Under the pieces are notes generated by a model, which was given only the letters and a program-made list of their open reading frames with translations, did not search any database and had not been told where the DNA came from. Both the position numbers and the translations under genes were made by a program. Shown piece after piece: positions 25,154 to 38,901 of a DNA stretch of 64,000 nt (positions are counted from its first letter, which is position 1; every line of letters begins with the position of its first letter). The DNA is from Neoechinorhynchus agilis (lineage: Eukaryota; Animalia; Acanthocephala), in assembly GCA_051530055.1 (NCBI GenBank), contig CM121341.1:16098784-16162783 (forward strand). The letters are read 5' to 3'.

Positions 25154-28053
25154 TTATGGGATTGGTGGATGCGGTGGCGACTGGCCTCCGTTAGATGGCA
25201 TCAGTCCATAGTTCGTCTGACCCGGGTAATGTTGTGCCGCAGCTGCCGCAGCTGCGGCAGCGGCGGCTGCAGCAGCAGCTGGGTTCACCATTAGTTGTGG
25301 ATGAAACAATGATCCAGCAGCTGAAGCATTTGAGTGACTAGGTGATTGTGGAGGTTGTTGCATGGAAGGGGGCAAATGTACAGGGTGCGGAAATCTTCTA
25401 AACGCTCCATAGCTATCATCCCCATTGTTCAACGATTGAGTGAATGCTTCGTCCATATAATAATTATGAGGCATTGAATGACCAATCGGCTGTTGATGCT
25501 GTTGATAAGCAACGGCTCGAGCAGCGGCTGCCGCTGCCATAACCTCAAACCCCGTAGCTGGGGAACTGACGGAATATAATGAAGGGACTTGAGGAGGAGG
25601 CGGAATTTGAGTGCCATGATCGTTCCCAGGAATATATCGAGCTGCTGCAAGATAGTCGCTATAGTCCATTGATCCTTGATTATGCCCACCGTTAGCCATT
25701 GACATTGCGACCATTGAGTTTTGGGGCAATTGAGCTTGACAAGTGTAATTAAATTTATTTCTACTAAAAAAAATAATTATAACATACCAGACCTAGCTGA
25801 TTGGTCGATCATAGGCTGTACAATTCTTCGTCGAGCATTTATAAACCTAAATAAATATTGGAGAAAAGTGGGCAATAAAGTAATAAAATCTAAATAATAA
25901 AGGCGGGAATCCAATGATATTAAACGAGAAGTTTCAGTGTACGAGCAAATAAAATTCTTCAAGATGTACTTGAGTAGGAATTCAGCTCCACTTAACGAAA
26001 AGATCAACGATGCGCATCATAAAATAAATTCGCTTGAGTTGTTAATAATATCCGAGAAAATTTAGACTCGACAAAGCGGCAATTAATCATATGGGAATCA
26101 GCGGATCGCAGAACACATGTCTGGACCTTTACCAAATCTCATAATGAGAATTTAATCGTTATTGTAGGTAGACCTAGATGTGGATAGCGACTAAATCTAG
26201 GTCAGCTGGGCTGCGTCCGGAATAATCTAAGGACTGCTTGTCATACGGAGAGCATAGCAAGATATCTTTCAGGCATTTTCAGCTTCTAGTGATTGATAAC
26301 ATGTGTGTGGGATATTCGGAAGGAGATGGAACCAGGCGGAACGGAGCATGACGGCCAAAGACAAGAATTAAAGCCGCGAAAGCAATAAAAAGAATTCGTC
26401 GGAATCTAACCAGTTATTAACTTGCAAAATAGTCAATCCTGTTTGCTCAGCCAACTGCTTCTTTTGTTCTTCAGTTGGATATGGATGCTGAAATAAAAAA
26501 ATTAAATTTGTTTAAAAGAAAAGTAAACTCACGTTTAAATTTTTAAACAGCCAATCTCTTAACATATTTGTTGCATATTTAGGGAAAATCCCTCGTTTTC
26601 GTGGACGACGCCTGTTATCATTTCCTTCGCTGTAATTCGTCGAAGCTTGAGCTGATAAAACTTCATCGTTATTATCCCGGTCATCCAAAAGTCGCTTTCG
26701 CGGTACTGAAGAGGTGGATGTTGACTCGTTGGACTTTAAAAGAGGAACGCCGTGGTCCTCGACTCGATTCGCACGATTGTTAGTCTGCGGAACATAGTAA
26801 ACTTGTGCATCGTCCGACAATTGTCGCATGACATTATTGCAAAAAATATTTGCACGCGAATCTGAGTTCGTAGTCGGTCCGACGGGTGGCGGAGGCAAAT
26901 ATTGACCACCGTGATCGGGATTATCAGGATGGTTATTTCTCTGGTGGTAAAGAACCGGATTTGAATTATCTGGGTAACTTAATCCACCAACTTGACCAGT
27001 GATGTTCATCGAATTCATCGACGGAATATATACGCTTGCATGCTGATTGTAAAAATCTTCTGATGATGCGACACGACAAAACTCTTCATCTGGCTTTTCT
27101 TTGGCAGAATTGCGATTTCCTTGAGATCCATTTGTTTGTTGAGATTCGTCTGCTATTAGCTCCGTCGGTAATTTTCCCTTTAGACAGCTAATGTATCGAT
27201 GACAGAAATTATCACATAATTCGAAGACCTTTCATTTTAACATTAAAATAGCGACGTAAATCTTTTAACGCATGCTCACCTTGTCCAACTCAAGTAAATG
27301 GAAACGAAATACTCTAATCGCCTGCAAGATGAGAGCATCGACGTCTGAATAATTATTTTTATTATTTTGACCGTCAGCCAATTTGACAGGCGAAGTAGAA
27401 ATCTGAATTTTTGGATGATTTTCTTTTGTTGGAAAGGTCGGCACTACCTCGGTTACGAACTGTTTTATCTCCTCATTGAAAGAGTTAGCTGAACAAATTT
27501 CATTTGATCCTCCATGTCTTGGAGTGCAAGTAGCGGTAGTGCATTTTTCGAAAGCATTATTTAACAGTGGGAAAAGTGGATGGCTAGAAAAGGATTTAAA
27601 AAATAAGTTGAGTTTTTGACGCAGTAAAGACATACCTGTAAATCATTTCCTTGTCAAGAGTTGTCAGCCCGGCCGGGTTGAAAAGTCCGACAGTTGTCGC
27701 GTTGGCAGACGTCGTCGAACATCCGACAGATTCTGCTTTAAATTTTGACGTTGGGTGATTGGCGGTGGAGTTAGTGGCAGCATTGACGATATTTCTTGGT
27801 TTACAAACAAATCTCTCATTGTTACTGTGCGATTTTAGTTGGTGGCAAAAGTATTTTTGATGACATGAATTTACTTACTCGTAACAAGATTGCACTTGCA
27901 GCGAATCACCGTCTGACTGTGGACTGGATTCATGCCTTTTTGACGAACCACTCAATGTCTAAATTTAATTGGCGTTGGCGATAAAAGACGCTAACTGAGG
28001 GGAGATAGTATGGCAGGTACCTGCACTTGACTGTTGGTCACTTGGGCAGTCAT
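25154..28053 (-). CDS. Meis: Meis/homothorax TALE homeodomain protein
   Basis: MEIS domain ([18 protein letters not shown]; [19 protein letters not shown]|[18 protein letters not shown]) and homeodomain [23 protein letters not shown]|[26 protein letters not shown]|[16 protein letters not shown]; poly-Ala tract in the last exon; start at 28053 inferred from phase-consistent exons. Confidence 0.95.
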
Positions 28054-31000
28054 TGTCTAAAACGATGAGTATGATGGATGCACACGGAATACTTGGACCG
28101 TCAATCTGTCAAGGGCGAAGGCGGACTGTCTGCTTTTGTTTCTTGGCTGGTGATTAATGTTGCCACGGCTGTTGCAACGGCAGCTAAAAGAGTATAGACA
28201 ACACTGGGTTGTAAGGCACATACACATATGAGAAGACGAAAAATGATTGACGGGAGCAAGCCCCCTTTGCTCCCTCCTAAAACTACAAAAATGTACGTTA
28301 CACGTCTCCTGCACAAGAGGGATGGCAGTCGACTGCCACTTTATCGATGACAAGAAGCATAAAGAGCATTGTGGCTGAGAAGGCCTCAGCTGGGCCTGTC
28401 AATCAACGAATAAGAGCAAAGGGAGGAAATACCGACGCTATAATGCCTTCCCAACTCCTCACCAACCCGCCAACTACATCAAAGCATACGCGCGCGAACC
28501 TAGACAGCCAATCATATTTCAGAGTCGTGCAGTGCGGTTTTGACTGATTAGTACTGTCAGAAAATGACGGCGGATACGGGCTTAACGCGAGTGCAGATTA
28601 CCTCTCGGCGAAAAGAATTCCGCCTCGGAGTATAACACCCAACGTACAGATATTTGTCGAAAAGTCTAACACATCTCCACACACATGAACGGGTGGTGCC
28701 TCTCTTTCATCAATATTGAACACCCGGCGGAAGTGATGATTTCGACAATGGAGCTTGGCAAGAAGTTCTGAGCTTCATAAAACAGAAAAGGACATGATAT
28801 GACAGGTTGTGATTAAGATGGCGTGTCAGGAAACAAAGAAGCCAAAAACGGTGGCACCTCAATTGAGTCATCGTATCTTCGTGGATCGAGAGGAGCAATT
28901 GTGGGACGCACAAGTGAAAGCTGTCTAAAACCGACAGCGTCTTTTGTGTAAATTTCCCTATATCACACGCATATATGTTTGGTAGTGTTGGTGGTGGGTA
29001 TGCGGGATGAGTACGACATGTCCTTAATTTTTTTACGACGTTTATCGTCCCTAACAAACTATTCGTCTCGCTAGCAAAGATTTTTGAAACAAAATTTCAA
29101 ATGCAAATCGTATCTTTTAAGCACGAATTTGTATTTTAAGATTTATAAAGAGAAAAAATTGTTAGGGGGCGTGTCCTTAGTGTCAAATCGCATGATTTAA
29201 TTGGTGATCTTACAGTCAAGAGCGAAATAAAGATAATCTCAGAAATAAGATTCTTTACTATTCAATTGAGTGAATGATTAAAACGTGACAGCAATTGTTC
29301 AGTCAGGCGTAATTACCTTTTATAGCAAAATAACAATAAAGTTCTTGACCGTTATTATTACACACCCAGACTTACGAAATTGTTTTTGACTTCCAACTGT
29401 TCACCACCCACTGGTAGCTTGAATATTAATATTTGCAACAGTTGCCTTAACGGCTTTTAATTCTGACATTCGTCAAGATTAACGGACAATTAAATGGTGG
29501 ATGTAAAAAGGTTCCGCCTGGTAGCAACTACTCATAACGGCTTGTCACTCAAGCTATGCATCACCGATTTTGCTTAACTACTTCAAGTAGACACTCGTCG
29601 TTGATTTTGTGATCAGCAGCGTTGGTCACTGATCATTTGCTTGATTTAGCTGTCGGTACATCTTAACGAAATTTGGGCAATATTGGACAAAATCACAGAA
29701 ATGATAAGACGCTTAGTTTAGTAAGGCTATCTGTCAAAATGTTTACCTGTCGTCTCGACCTTTGAAATCTAGAATGTCACTTGACATTTGACTATTTTCT
29801 CAACTAGAGAATGCTTGTTTCATTGGTCTAAAATGAAATAGTATCTATTGCTCGGATTCCAGCTTTTAATTAACAATAATATCGGATTAGGGGGTTACAA
29901 AGTCCGTCATGGTGGATTGTGTTCGTTGATTAATGTGACAGCGCCGGTGAATTATGGAAAATCATGGCGTCGCGTTTGATCGGTGACAAGCAAAACATTC
30001 TTAGCGGCCAGATCGATTTACTAAGCTCGCAATAGTCAAAACAGCACTAATAACCTAATTTAAGGCCACGTGGAATTCACTGATGGCCGCTTGTGTTCCT
30101 CTAAGCTAAATACATTTAAACCTGGGATTTATATGGAAATTGTTAGTAGAGCCAGAACAATCCATTTCTTTGCTGATAAGGCGGAACTGGGTCGTGGGAA
30201 CGTTCTGTAGTTAGCTGGATCCACGACGATTAGTCAAGGTGTTCGCGTATGCATAATTTGTAATATCTGGAATTGATTAAAACGTTGCCAGAATGTCTTG
30301 AAAAAATGCTATTTATTTTCGCCACCATACCAGTGTCAACTTCTCATGAATTTTAATACGAATACAGACTGAAGTTTATATGAAAGCTCGCGTTTCCTTT
30401 CGAGCTAATGGGTAAATTAAGCTCATCTGTAAACTCATTTGTCTTGTAGATCGCAAATCTCTGGTATCCCATTGTTAAATAGCACTGTAGTTAATCTGAT
30501 CGTAGGGATGTTGATTGAATTCGCGACTTGTAAAACAACACCGAAATGCTGAGCTGTGATTGGATGGAGATCGTATGGTCTTCAAGATGTTCGAAAGAAA
30601 ATTTTTAGTTAGCGGCTGCATTTTTAGAAACGTGATTCGAGTTAGGGAGTCAAATTCTTTTTATAATTCTCAAAGCTAATGTCACAAATGTACAATATTT
30701 ATTTTAACTGTAATGTTCTATAATCAGCGGCAAAAATTTGTTCCTTAAAAAAATTAAAACTATGCGCTGCTTAATATTGAATAATTTTTACGTATTAGCC
30801 TTTAGAGAATATCAACAATCAGCGTCTAAGTTCAATTAGCGTCTAAGTTCTAGGTAAAAGCATCATTAATATTTACTTTAAATAAGATGTACCAAAGGCT
30901 GTACAAAAGAAGAATGATGAATTAAGAAGAATAAATACATATTAAGAACATCTAAAATAAAATTTGCTTTGCTTGAAAATTGAATTATTCGTGTTTTTTA

Positions 31001-31652
31001 TATGGCAGAAAAATTGAAGTAATTTATTAGGTTCGATATTTCGGAACAACCTTGTGCCTTTTATCAAGATTGTTTGAAATTTTTTACGACTTCAAGGCGA
31101 TCCATCAGAAATGGCAATATTACAATTATTCGAACGTTCATAATGCGCCCGCATTTCTCGGGAAAATGAAGAATTCATTGATCTTTGACAATCTTCATTA
31201 CTCTGAGAAGGTCACTGTGCTTCCGATAAGTACAAATGTGATGAGAAAGTTTCGATCTCATCACTTGTATAATGATTTATTACTCTTTAACTAAGAAAGA
31301 CGACCATAAGCTCGTTTTAATTCATTCGGCCACTTTTCTGCATTTATGTTGTATTCTCTTCAACAGTCCTTGACAAAAGCAGAATGTTGTCCTTATCTAC
31401 ATCTGTTGCTGATAAGCAATTCCCTTGTTTCCACGACGCAAGGCAGTGAAAACTTCATAAAAACACGATGCTTATTCCGGGCATTTAGTGTCCATATATT
31501 GAGCCACAAATGTTCCTTACGTATGCTGTTTCCCCGCTTGCAGCACCTTTCTCCTCGTTGGAACCAGTAGCAAAAACATAGGCGTATGCAAGGGAAATAC
31601 GAAGTACGATAATCGTTTTGATAGCGAACAATACTTAAGGAACACCATTTCA

Positions 31653-31979
31653 ATGGATGATCCAGTTAGCATCACTCAAAGCACAATTGTCCGTCATTTC
31701 AACACAAAACCCGAGGACGTAACTATTGAAATGAGCGATATGCCGAGGACAATGCAAGTCCAGGCCATCCAGGCTGCTCGGAATCTTGTAAAAGATATAA
31801 CCAATGGCCCTACGGATATTGCTATATCTTTAAAGAAACGATTCGATGCACTGTATGGCAGAGCGTGGCACTGTATAGTAGGAAAGGATTATAGCACATT
31901 CGTCACTCAAGAACCGGAAACTTTCATATACTTTTACGTTCACCGTTATGCCATCGCGCTATACAGATGTGGCATTTAA
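31653..31979 (+). CDS. LC8-type dynein light chain, divergent, intronless
   Basis: SDM...MQ..AI..DIA..LKK.FD..YGRAWHCIVGKDYSTFVTQE..FIYFY; AATAAA at 32011. Confidence 0.9.
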   Translation: MDDPVSITQSTIVRHFNTKPEDVTIEMSDMPRTMQVQAIQAARNLVKDITNGPTDIAISLKKRFDALYGRAWHCIVGKDYSTFVTQEPETFIYFYVHRYAIALYRCGI

Positions 31980-32699
31980 AGGTTTGTTTTGTGCCTTGTA
32001 TTTTGAAAACAATAAACGCTTTGAACTCGAATATTTGTGCCTACAAAGCCTATCAGCTATTATTTACAGTTTTCCTTCTTCACGACAATCACGAGAGATT
32101 TATTAATGCGTTTAATTCGGCTGAGAGCATCCTACTATAAAATTATGATAAAATTCAATTTCCGGCATTCTGGTTGCCACCCACAATGTTAGTTGGGCAT
32201 GCGTTAAACAACGCCTTAGACGATCCAAATAGTTTCCGGGAATAAACCCGCTTAATACGGGTGACATCGTATGAGAAGGATGTCTTTGGACGTCCCTAGA
32301 CTGAAAGTTAAATAAGCATTATCACGTTGACTGAGGTGGTACATGAGTCGAACTAATGCAATCATAATTCCAGTGCAATCAAGCATCCGGGGCTTTAATT
32401 TATGGTTTCCAATTAATCTGAAAAGTGTGCGTGTAATAATGACCTATTCTACATGATAATTGGCGACACAGAAACAATAAGTCTTTTGTTAATTTCGTCA
32501 CAAAATGTCAATTCATGGCGCTAACTATAGCAAAGTTAATCAAATAAAACCCATATTATTCAATAAAAACGCAATCGATACCCGTACGATGAAGAACTGT
32601 GCCGGAGCTATTGGGTTTATCCTCCCCTAAAGCGATCAAGGAAATCGAGGATCAGTCTAACCTCAAATTCAGATTCCTCTTCAAATTAAAGAAGACAGG

Positions 32700-34350
32700 T
32701 AAAGCGCCGATTTAGATCAAATGGAGTTGTTACGCACACGACATTGGATTTTACAATTTATGGAAATTGACATAACCAAGAATACAACACGGAATCGAAC
32801 TTCAAATATCAAAAATAAGACGTATGCCTCCATTGGATCCAATGGAGGCATTGGTGTCAAAACCGTCCGAACAAGGTGCCAACATGTTGCTTTTCTCAGA
32901 CGACCATTACATGCCAACATGGAGGATGTGAAGGATTCCATAGAAGCTACTATAAAGGATGTCCGAGTTTCAGGTTGTACGTTGATGCCTGCATATCGGA
33001 TTCCACGGTTAAAAAGGCTACAATCAAGATCCAAATATATGCCCGATAATTCAGGAGAAGGCCATCGATTTGGTTTCGAATAAGACAACTTTACAGCCAC
33101 TCAATGAAGAGGATTTATGTCGAAAGATATCCGAGAAAGTTATACGAGAAGTTACGCGTCGGCTTACGACGTTGTTTAAGAATCTTACAAATCAATTACC
33201 GCAACAAATTCAGCAACCGATAACACTTGCGACCTCGGCGAACGCCACCAATCTGACACCTCCAGCGATTATTCAGCCAGGAGGATATTCATCAAGAGGT
33301 AAACGCTCCAAGTACAAAATTCAACGTTCCGGCAAGTAGGCTATTCACCAGCGATTGAGATGATGTGATGGATACTTGCGGAGGTCGCTCTTTGAATGCC
33401 TAGTTGGTCCTACAGAGCGCCGCTTAAGATTTACTGCCTACAATGGAACTCGCATGAGCCGCGGCTTTAAATAGATTTAACTTTTTTACGAATACTAAAG
33501 AGGATATTATTTGTCTTTAGGAAGTCAAGAAGGCAGCAGTAGTATAATAACAATTCCTACCTCCGGCTTTATTATTGGAATGCGATAGCACCTCTTATTC
33601 AAAACTATGTTATCAAAAGTTTATCATTTGCTTTATTCCAAATTCAGTGTGGAACCCGGGATCATATGTAGACATCCAATATGGACATTTTGAGTAACCT
33701 ATTAAATATTAGCAACATTTACTTGTAGGGGATTTCAATGACCCCTCGGGTAAATGGACCAAAGCTTCTGACAATTTAGAGGATACACACGAATTCATAA
33801 ACCCTTCGAAATCAACTTTTCACTGAGTGTCATGTAATCAACATTCCTGGTTGGACGACTGTTTCGCTCAGTCAATCTTTTGGGACCATTAACACTGCAC
33901 CAGTTGGGGACTGGTTGATTTTTTATCTCTTTTGAGGTATCTTGATGAAGGAGATATTGACTTCGAGGATATTTTACAGGTTTGAGATGAAATTACGAAG
34001 ATGTCATCGAGCAATTAAAGTGCATCAAGTAAATGCGCGGAACGTTGAATTAGACATTTGATAGTATTGGACGCGTATCAACCTCTCACAGAAGATTCAA
34101 CTCGTAAAATCTTAAATCCGATTTTAGGCCTATATCGATCCAGAATTCGATGGTTTCAATCTATGAGTTGGCCATAGCCAACTACTTGATGGAGTTTTGT
34201 ATAGAGAAGGAAATCATCAGTCCGAATTGCAATGGTTTTTCCTATGTGTATCAGTCATATCGGCTGTGAATGAAATCTACTACTCCCTTTTGCACGAAAC
34301 TGGTTTATACAAATACTTAATCATCGATAGAAAATCCTTCGCGATAATCC
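32700..34350 (+). pseudogene. Heavily decayed APE-type LINE (ORF1 remnant and endonuclease)
   Basis: Degenerate APE motifs ILFCL*EVK, LLVGDFN and SWLDD; many stops and frameshifts. Confidence 0.55.
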
Positions 34351-34359
34351 AATTGTCCA

Positions 34360-34510
34360 AGAGATTGAAACGAATCACTGGCCTTCCGAGATCAGGAGCA
34401 TTCCTCCTACAAAACATAAGTCTCGTTGTGCAACAGGGGAACGCTGCATCCGTCCTTTCGTCCGTTACACCAGGACAGCAGCTGAGTTATCTAGAGCGGT
34501 GGTGTGAATG
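34360..34510 (+). mobile_element. CRE-type 3' tail fragment
   Basis: LSKRLK..TG..RSGAFLLQNISLVVQQGNAASVL; homologous to 49345-49430 (minus). Confidence 0.75.
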
Positions 34511-34574
34511 ATCTAACGTGTTTTGCGAAATTAGAATTGTAGTGAGCATATTCCAGAGTATGACATATTTTATT

Positions 34575-34614
34575 TGAAGTATTTAATCAGGTAACCTCGC
34601 CTCATCAGTCATCT
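34575..34614 (-). ncRNA. Hammerhead relic (5' half intact)
   Basis: Minus strand: AGAUGA CUGAUGA G GCGAGG UUA CCU..; shares a 15-nt exact match with the 7071-7085 copy. Confidence 0.5.
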
Positions 34615-34619
34615 AAAAT

Positions 34620-37600
34620 AATTGTACATGTTATTTGTTTTAAGGCTCTGGTGCGCGGACTGTAATGGAAAACGCAACACAGTGCAAGAGGGTTCGATTG
34701 GATACTCGGTCCCGAACTCTCGTCAACGTCCTCTCTCTCGTGAACGTCAACGTCCTCTCTCTCGTGAACCGTTAACGAACATTGTTTTCGCTAACGAACT
34801 TTCATTGCGAAAAAGCTGCATAACTTTATTTTCTCGCACTACTTTAACAAATCGATCGTCAACGTCAAGGATCGTCAACGTCATCAAGGATATTCAACGT
34901 CGTCTCTCTCGTCACCATCCTCTCTCGCGTGAACGTCCTCCAAAGTCGAAAACAATTGGCGATACAATTAAATCTTCATCGCCGCTCTCACCTTCATGGC
35001 TGGTAAAATGTTTCGTAACCCAGCCTCTTGCCAAGGGTGCTCGATAACAACCCTCATCGCCCCAACGCACATCCCAGAGCCTTGCCCGTTCTTTATCTGT
35101 GGGTTCTGCTGCGCTAAGCTGCTGATCAAATTGGCACCAGATCGAATACCGTTTGGAATGCCTTTTGGAGTTTCGATCGCAATCGACGCTAACCTTGAAA
35201 CATCACCTTCTACCATGCCTTTGAACATCACAACAGAAGCCATCTCACAGATTTCTCCCGATCTGATGCCCAACAACGGTCCATCACCAAAATCATTCCA
35301 CCACCCCGATCTCTTTCCTCCCGTTTCACCCGTCACAACACTTCCCACTCAACTGAGTATATCCCCAAAACACAACCAAACTATTGTCAAGGATCCCTTA
35401 CCAGCTCCCAGCAGCCCGTTAATTTCACATCTAATTAATGACAAAGAGTGTGACCTGTTTCCGTACAAGGCCAACCAACTATCTTGTGACAACCCAAACA
35501 TGCCATCCACACCTGGAAATGAGAAATCGTCTATGGACCCTGGACCTAACTAAATCCCGATTCTCAAACCTCCGTTTCGGACTCATATTGCCTCCCTCAC
35601 ATCCACCCTCCGCGCAGCTCCTTCTTATCCCGCTCGTCGACGTCCGTCTTTTCAAGACAACGCTCGCCTCCCAATCACGTCTACCCTTCAGCCTCCCTCT
35701 CAGCAGAGGTTACCGGAAATAAAACCTCCCTCACCGAAATCTCGCGCACCACAAAATCGTCCGCCTAACAAATCGAGGGTTGTTCCTAACACATTCGGCC
35801 TTCTTCCTGGCCACGCCCAACACAAACATACGAAATATGATTCATCCCACGATCTCTTGTCCATTTTCTAGCCGTTTCAATGCGTTGAAACACAATCTGC
35901 TACATCTCAACGAAATTACCCGTACGCTCTTCCCTTATAACAACCCTCCGGCACCTGTATCTGTTGACCGCATCCCATCAAATAGTCCAGCTGACTCTCG
36001 TCCACGCCTTCTAAAAGTTAGCTTTCACCTTCGTAACATTGCCTCTGCCTACATCTCCAAGCGCTTTAAAATCACCCCTCCCTTGCCGGATATTTCCAGC
36101 CCGACAGTCAATAAATAAGTTATCGTCCATTCAACACACGCCTTCTCCTGCCGTAAATTTTTGGATACCTCCAAAGGAACCCGCTGTTCCTTCGCAGAAA
36201 TTAGACATGCAACTGTTTTCCATCCCTTATCAGAAAATCGTCACACCTCAGACATACTAGTCACCACAGAAACCCGGCTCAGTGACTCAAACAAAGACAC
36301 CGCAGCCATATCTAACTTCACTCACTTTCACTCTGTCGGAGGCCCAACCCAAAAAATTTCGGTCGGCCTTGAACAATCCACTTGCATCCTAGATGAACAG
36401 GCAACTACAACGTCACCCGACTTGACAACCATCTCGCCCCTCTAACCCATTTCCTTGCTGAGCATCCCACCTAAACAGCCGTTCCCTACAATCATAAACA
36501 CCAATATTCGTAGCATCCTACCAAAAATCGACGAGCTGTCCATAGTCGCTACGGCCACCAAAGCCGACATTCTCGTCATTACGGAAACCTGGCTCTCTCA
36601 ATTTAATAAGGACACTGCCATCATCCCCGGATTCTCCTCATTTCACCTAACTAGAGATGATCGTTCTGGAGGAGGCGTCTCTATTTACTTGAAGTCCTCC
36701 TTACCATCTCCACCCCTCACTATTTTATATCAGAACATCTCGAATGAGTTCACCTTCAACTATCTCTTTCTCTTCGTAACGGCAGCCGTGAAATGACCGT
36801 CGCCGGTGTTTATCGTCCCCCTGCCTCAACTCCCACCCCAACATCTGAACAAATTGATACATTAATTAATGACAAACTATCGTTAAATTCTAAACACTTC
36901 ATGATTTTAGGAGACTTCAACCGTCTCCCTGCTCCACCGTCACTCTCTGATCTCTTACAACTAGTAAACTTCCCCTCGCGTGGTTCATTCAAACTAGATA
37001 AAATCTTTACCAATATAGCAATATTCCGCTCCCGTTAAACTCCCACCCGTCGCGACCTCGGATCACAGCACCATCCTCCTTAGACCAATTGTTCCTCGGA
37101 AGCGACAGTCCTCCGACCCTTTCCCGGCCTGGAATAAACGTGAGCATCACTCTCACTCCTTCTTCAACAAGGTATGGCGGCATTGCACAATAGTTTAGTC
37201 CCTTGCACGTGCATGTCTTTCCTTCGGAAAATGATTCGTATGTCGAATCGTGATCCACCATGGTTTTCACCTTTACTAAAATCACTACAAGACAAGGTGA
37301 AAAAATCCTTTCACTCCCGACATCCCGACTACCCAGAACTCCACAAGAGATTCACTGTGCGTCTTCTTCACGCTCGCAAAACCTTTCTTTTTTCAAAACT
37401 ACCGTCATCCCCTAATCGTTCCTGGTGGAGCGAGATCAAAAATGCCATGGGCCTTCACAGATCTCAGCCTTTCGCCAATCTGCATAAATGTCAGCTCGAA
37501 AACACCCTCAACTCCATGAACGCTACCATGTGCCCTTCCAAATCTTCCACTGACACAAGCGTCGCACGAACCTGCGACGATCGCAACCATATGACCTGGG

Positions 37601-38205
37601 TTCCTTATTCACGCGTCTCCACTCTTGAGGTTTTCCTATTCCTCAAAAAACTACCACGTACATCATCCCCTAACGCTCTGATTTCCAACTGGGCCATACG
37701 CATCATCATTAGCTTGATCTTTGAGCCTCTAGCTCATATCATCAATTCTAGCTTTGAAAACGGGATTTTTCTAGATTGCCTGAAGACTGCTCGCGTCATT
37801 CCTATCCCTAAGGCGCGGAAACCCGTTTCTCTGTCATCCTTTCGCCCTATATCTCTACTCTCGCCGTTTTCTAAAAAATTTTAAAAAATGTTTTAAAACT
37901 CGCATCCTCCTCACCTTTTTACAAAACATTTCGTCTAACCAATTCGGCTTTCGACCAGGATTCATTTGTACCGACGCCCTCTTGTGCATTTACGATTAGA
38001 TTCTGCGCAATCTTGACCAGGAACCGTCTTTCGTTTGTCGCCTCATCCAGGTGGATCTTGCCAAGGACTTTGACTCTGTAGATCACGATCTTCTCGTTAA
38101 GGCCTGCGAGAAGTTTGGCTTCTTACCCTGGCAAATAAGCTGGCTCACTTCTTTCCTGGCAAACCAGTCGCAATATTTTCAAGGTGTGCCACAAGGAGCT
38201 ATACG
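34620..38205 (+). mobile_element. Near full-length, 3'-truncated CR1/L2-type LINE (ORF1, APE, RT up to GVPQG), frameshifted
   Basis: 5' region with a 21-bp tandem unit (34722-34770); Cys/His-rich ORF1 start and RPRLLKVSF; NTNIRSI..DILVITETWL, GGGVSIY, VYRPP, ILGDFN, LDKIF, SDH, PPW, LK.A.VIPIPK, FRPISLL, NQFGFRPG, DLAKDFDSVDH, GVPQG. Confidence 0.88.
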
Positions 38206-38570
38206 ATCGCCCTTTTCGATATCTTCCTCAACGTCCGCGAGTGCAGCGGAACGGAGGAAAATACGGAAATATATTCAGTTATCGAGGGCTCACTATTTTG
38301 TCCCCTTTGGGGTATAGACGTATGGAGCGCTCGGCAGCTCGGCACTCTCTCTACTCCAGGATCTCTCGAAGAAATTGAGAGAGGCAACCGGAGACTCAAG
38401 AGCAGGCGTATTCCTTCGACAAAATATCTCGCTGGCAGTACAACGAGGCAATGCTGCCAGCGTGATGGCGACGGTCGAGGAAGGACAAAAGCTGGAATTT
38501 GGCGGGATGTGGTGGGTGTGCTTCAAACAGATTGTTTGAATTGCTAAAAATATATTATGTTGGTTCAAAT
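38206..38570 (+). mobile_element. CRE-type RLE C-terminus and 3' UTR fused to the LINE
   Basis: SASAAERRKIRKY..YFVPFGV*TYGALG..QNISLAVQRGNAASV; roughly 80% similar by eye to 13480-13760 (minus). Confidence 0.85.
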
Positions 38571-38769
38571 AAATGGAAAGAAATTGATAATTTTGGGCCT
38601 CCGCGTTGGCCTTCTTCAATCTGTTTATTGTAAGTTTTCGAATATTCGAGTTTGTAAATGATGAACATTTTTGACCATTGAACTGTCGAAAACAATTCGA
38701 AATCTGAGTTATTTCGGCCTAAAAACCATGCATTTATTTTAGGTGTCTTTTATCAACTTTTCTTTACAT

Positions 38770-38817
38770 TCACCACCTCCCACCAAATTCCAGCTTTTGT
38801 CCTTCCTCGACCGTCCC
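38770..38817 (-). repeat. Short inverted copy of the CRE 3' end (a further direct copy at 39775-39860)
   Basis: gacggtcgaggaaggacaaaagctggaatttgg matches 38471-38503; 39775-39860 matches about 38478-38565. Confidence 0.8.
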
Positions 38818-38901
38818 CCTTAAGCCGATTGCGCCTGCGTGTTCTATGTTTTTTTATATTGCAGCTGTCCCATATGAGGTGGAAGGTTTGCGTTAAAAAC
38901 T

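Noticed and set aside
27055-27095. CUGAUGA motif in Meis
   Set aside because: Lies within a coding exon; no stem II or GAAA.
33098-33135. AUGAAGAG GAU..GUC GAAA GAUAUC CGAG hammerhead-like stretch
   Set aside because: C3 mutated, weak stems, and it lies inside an open LINE-derived frame.
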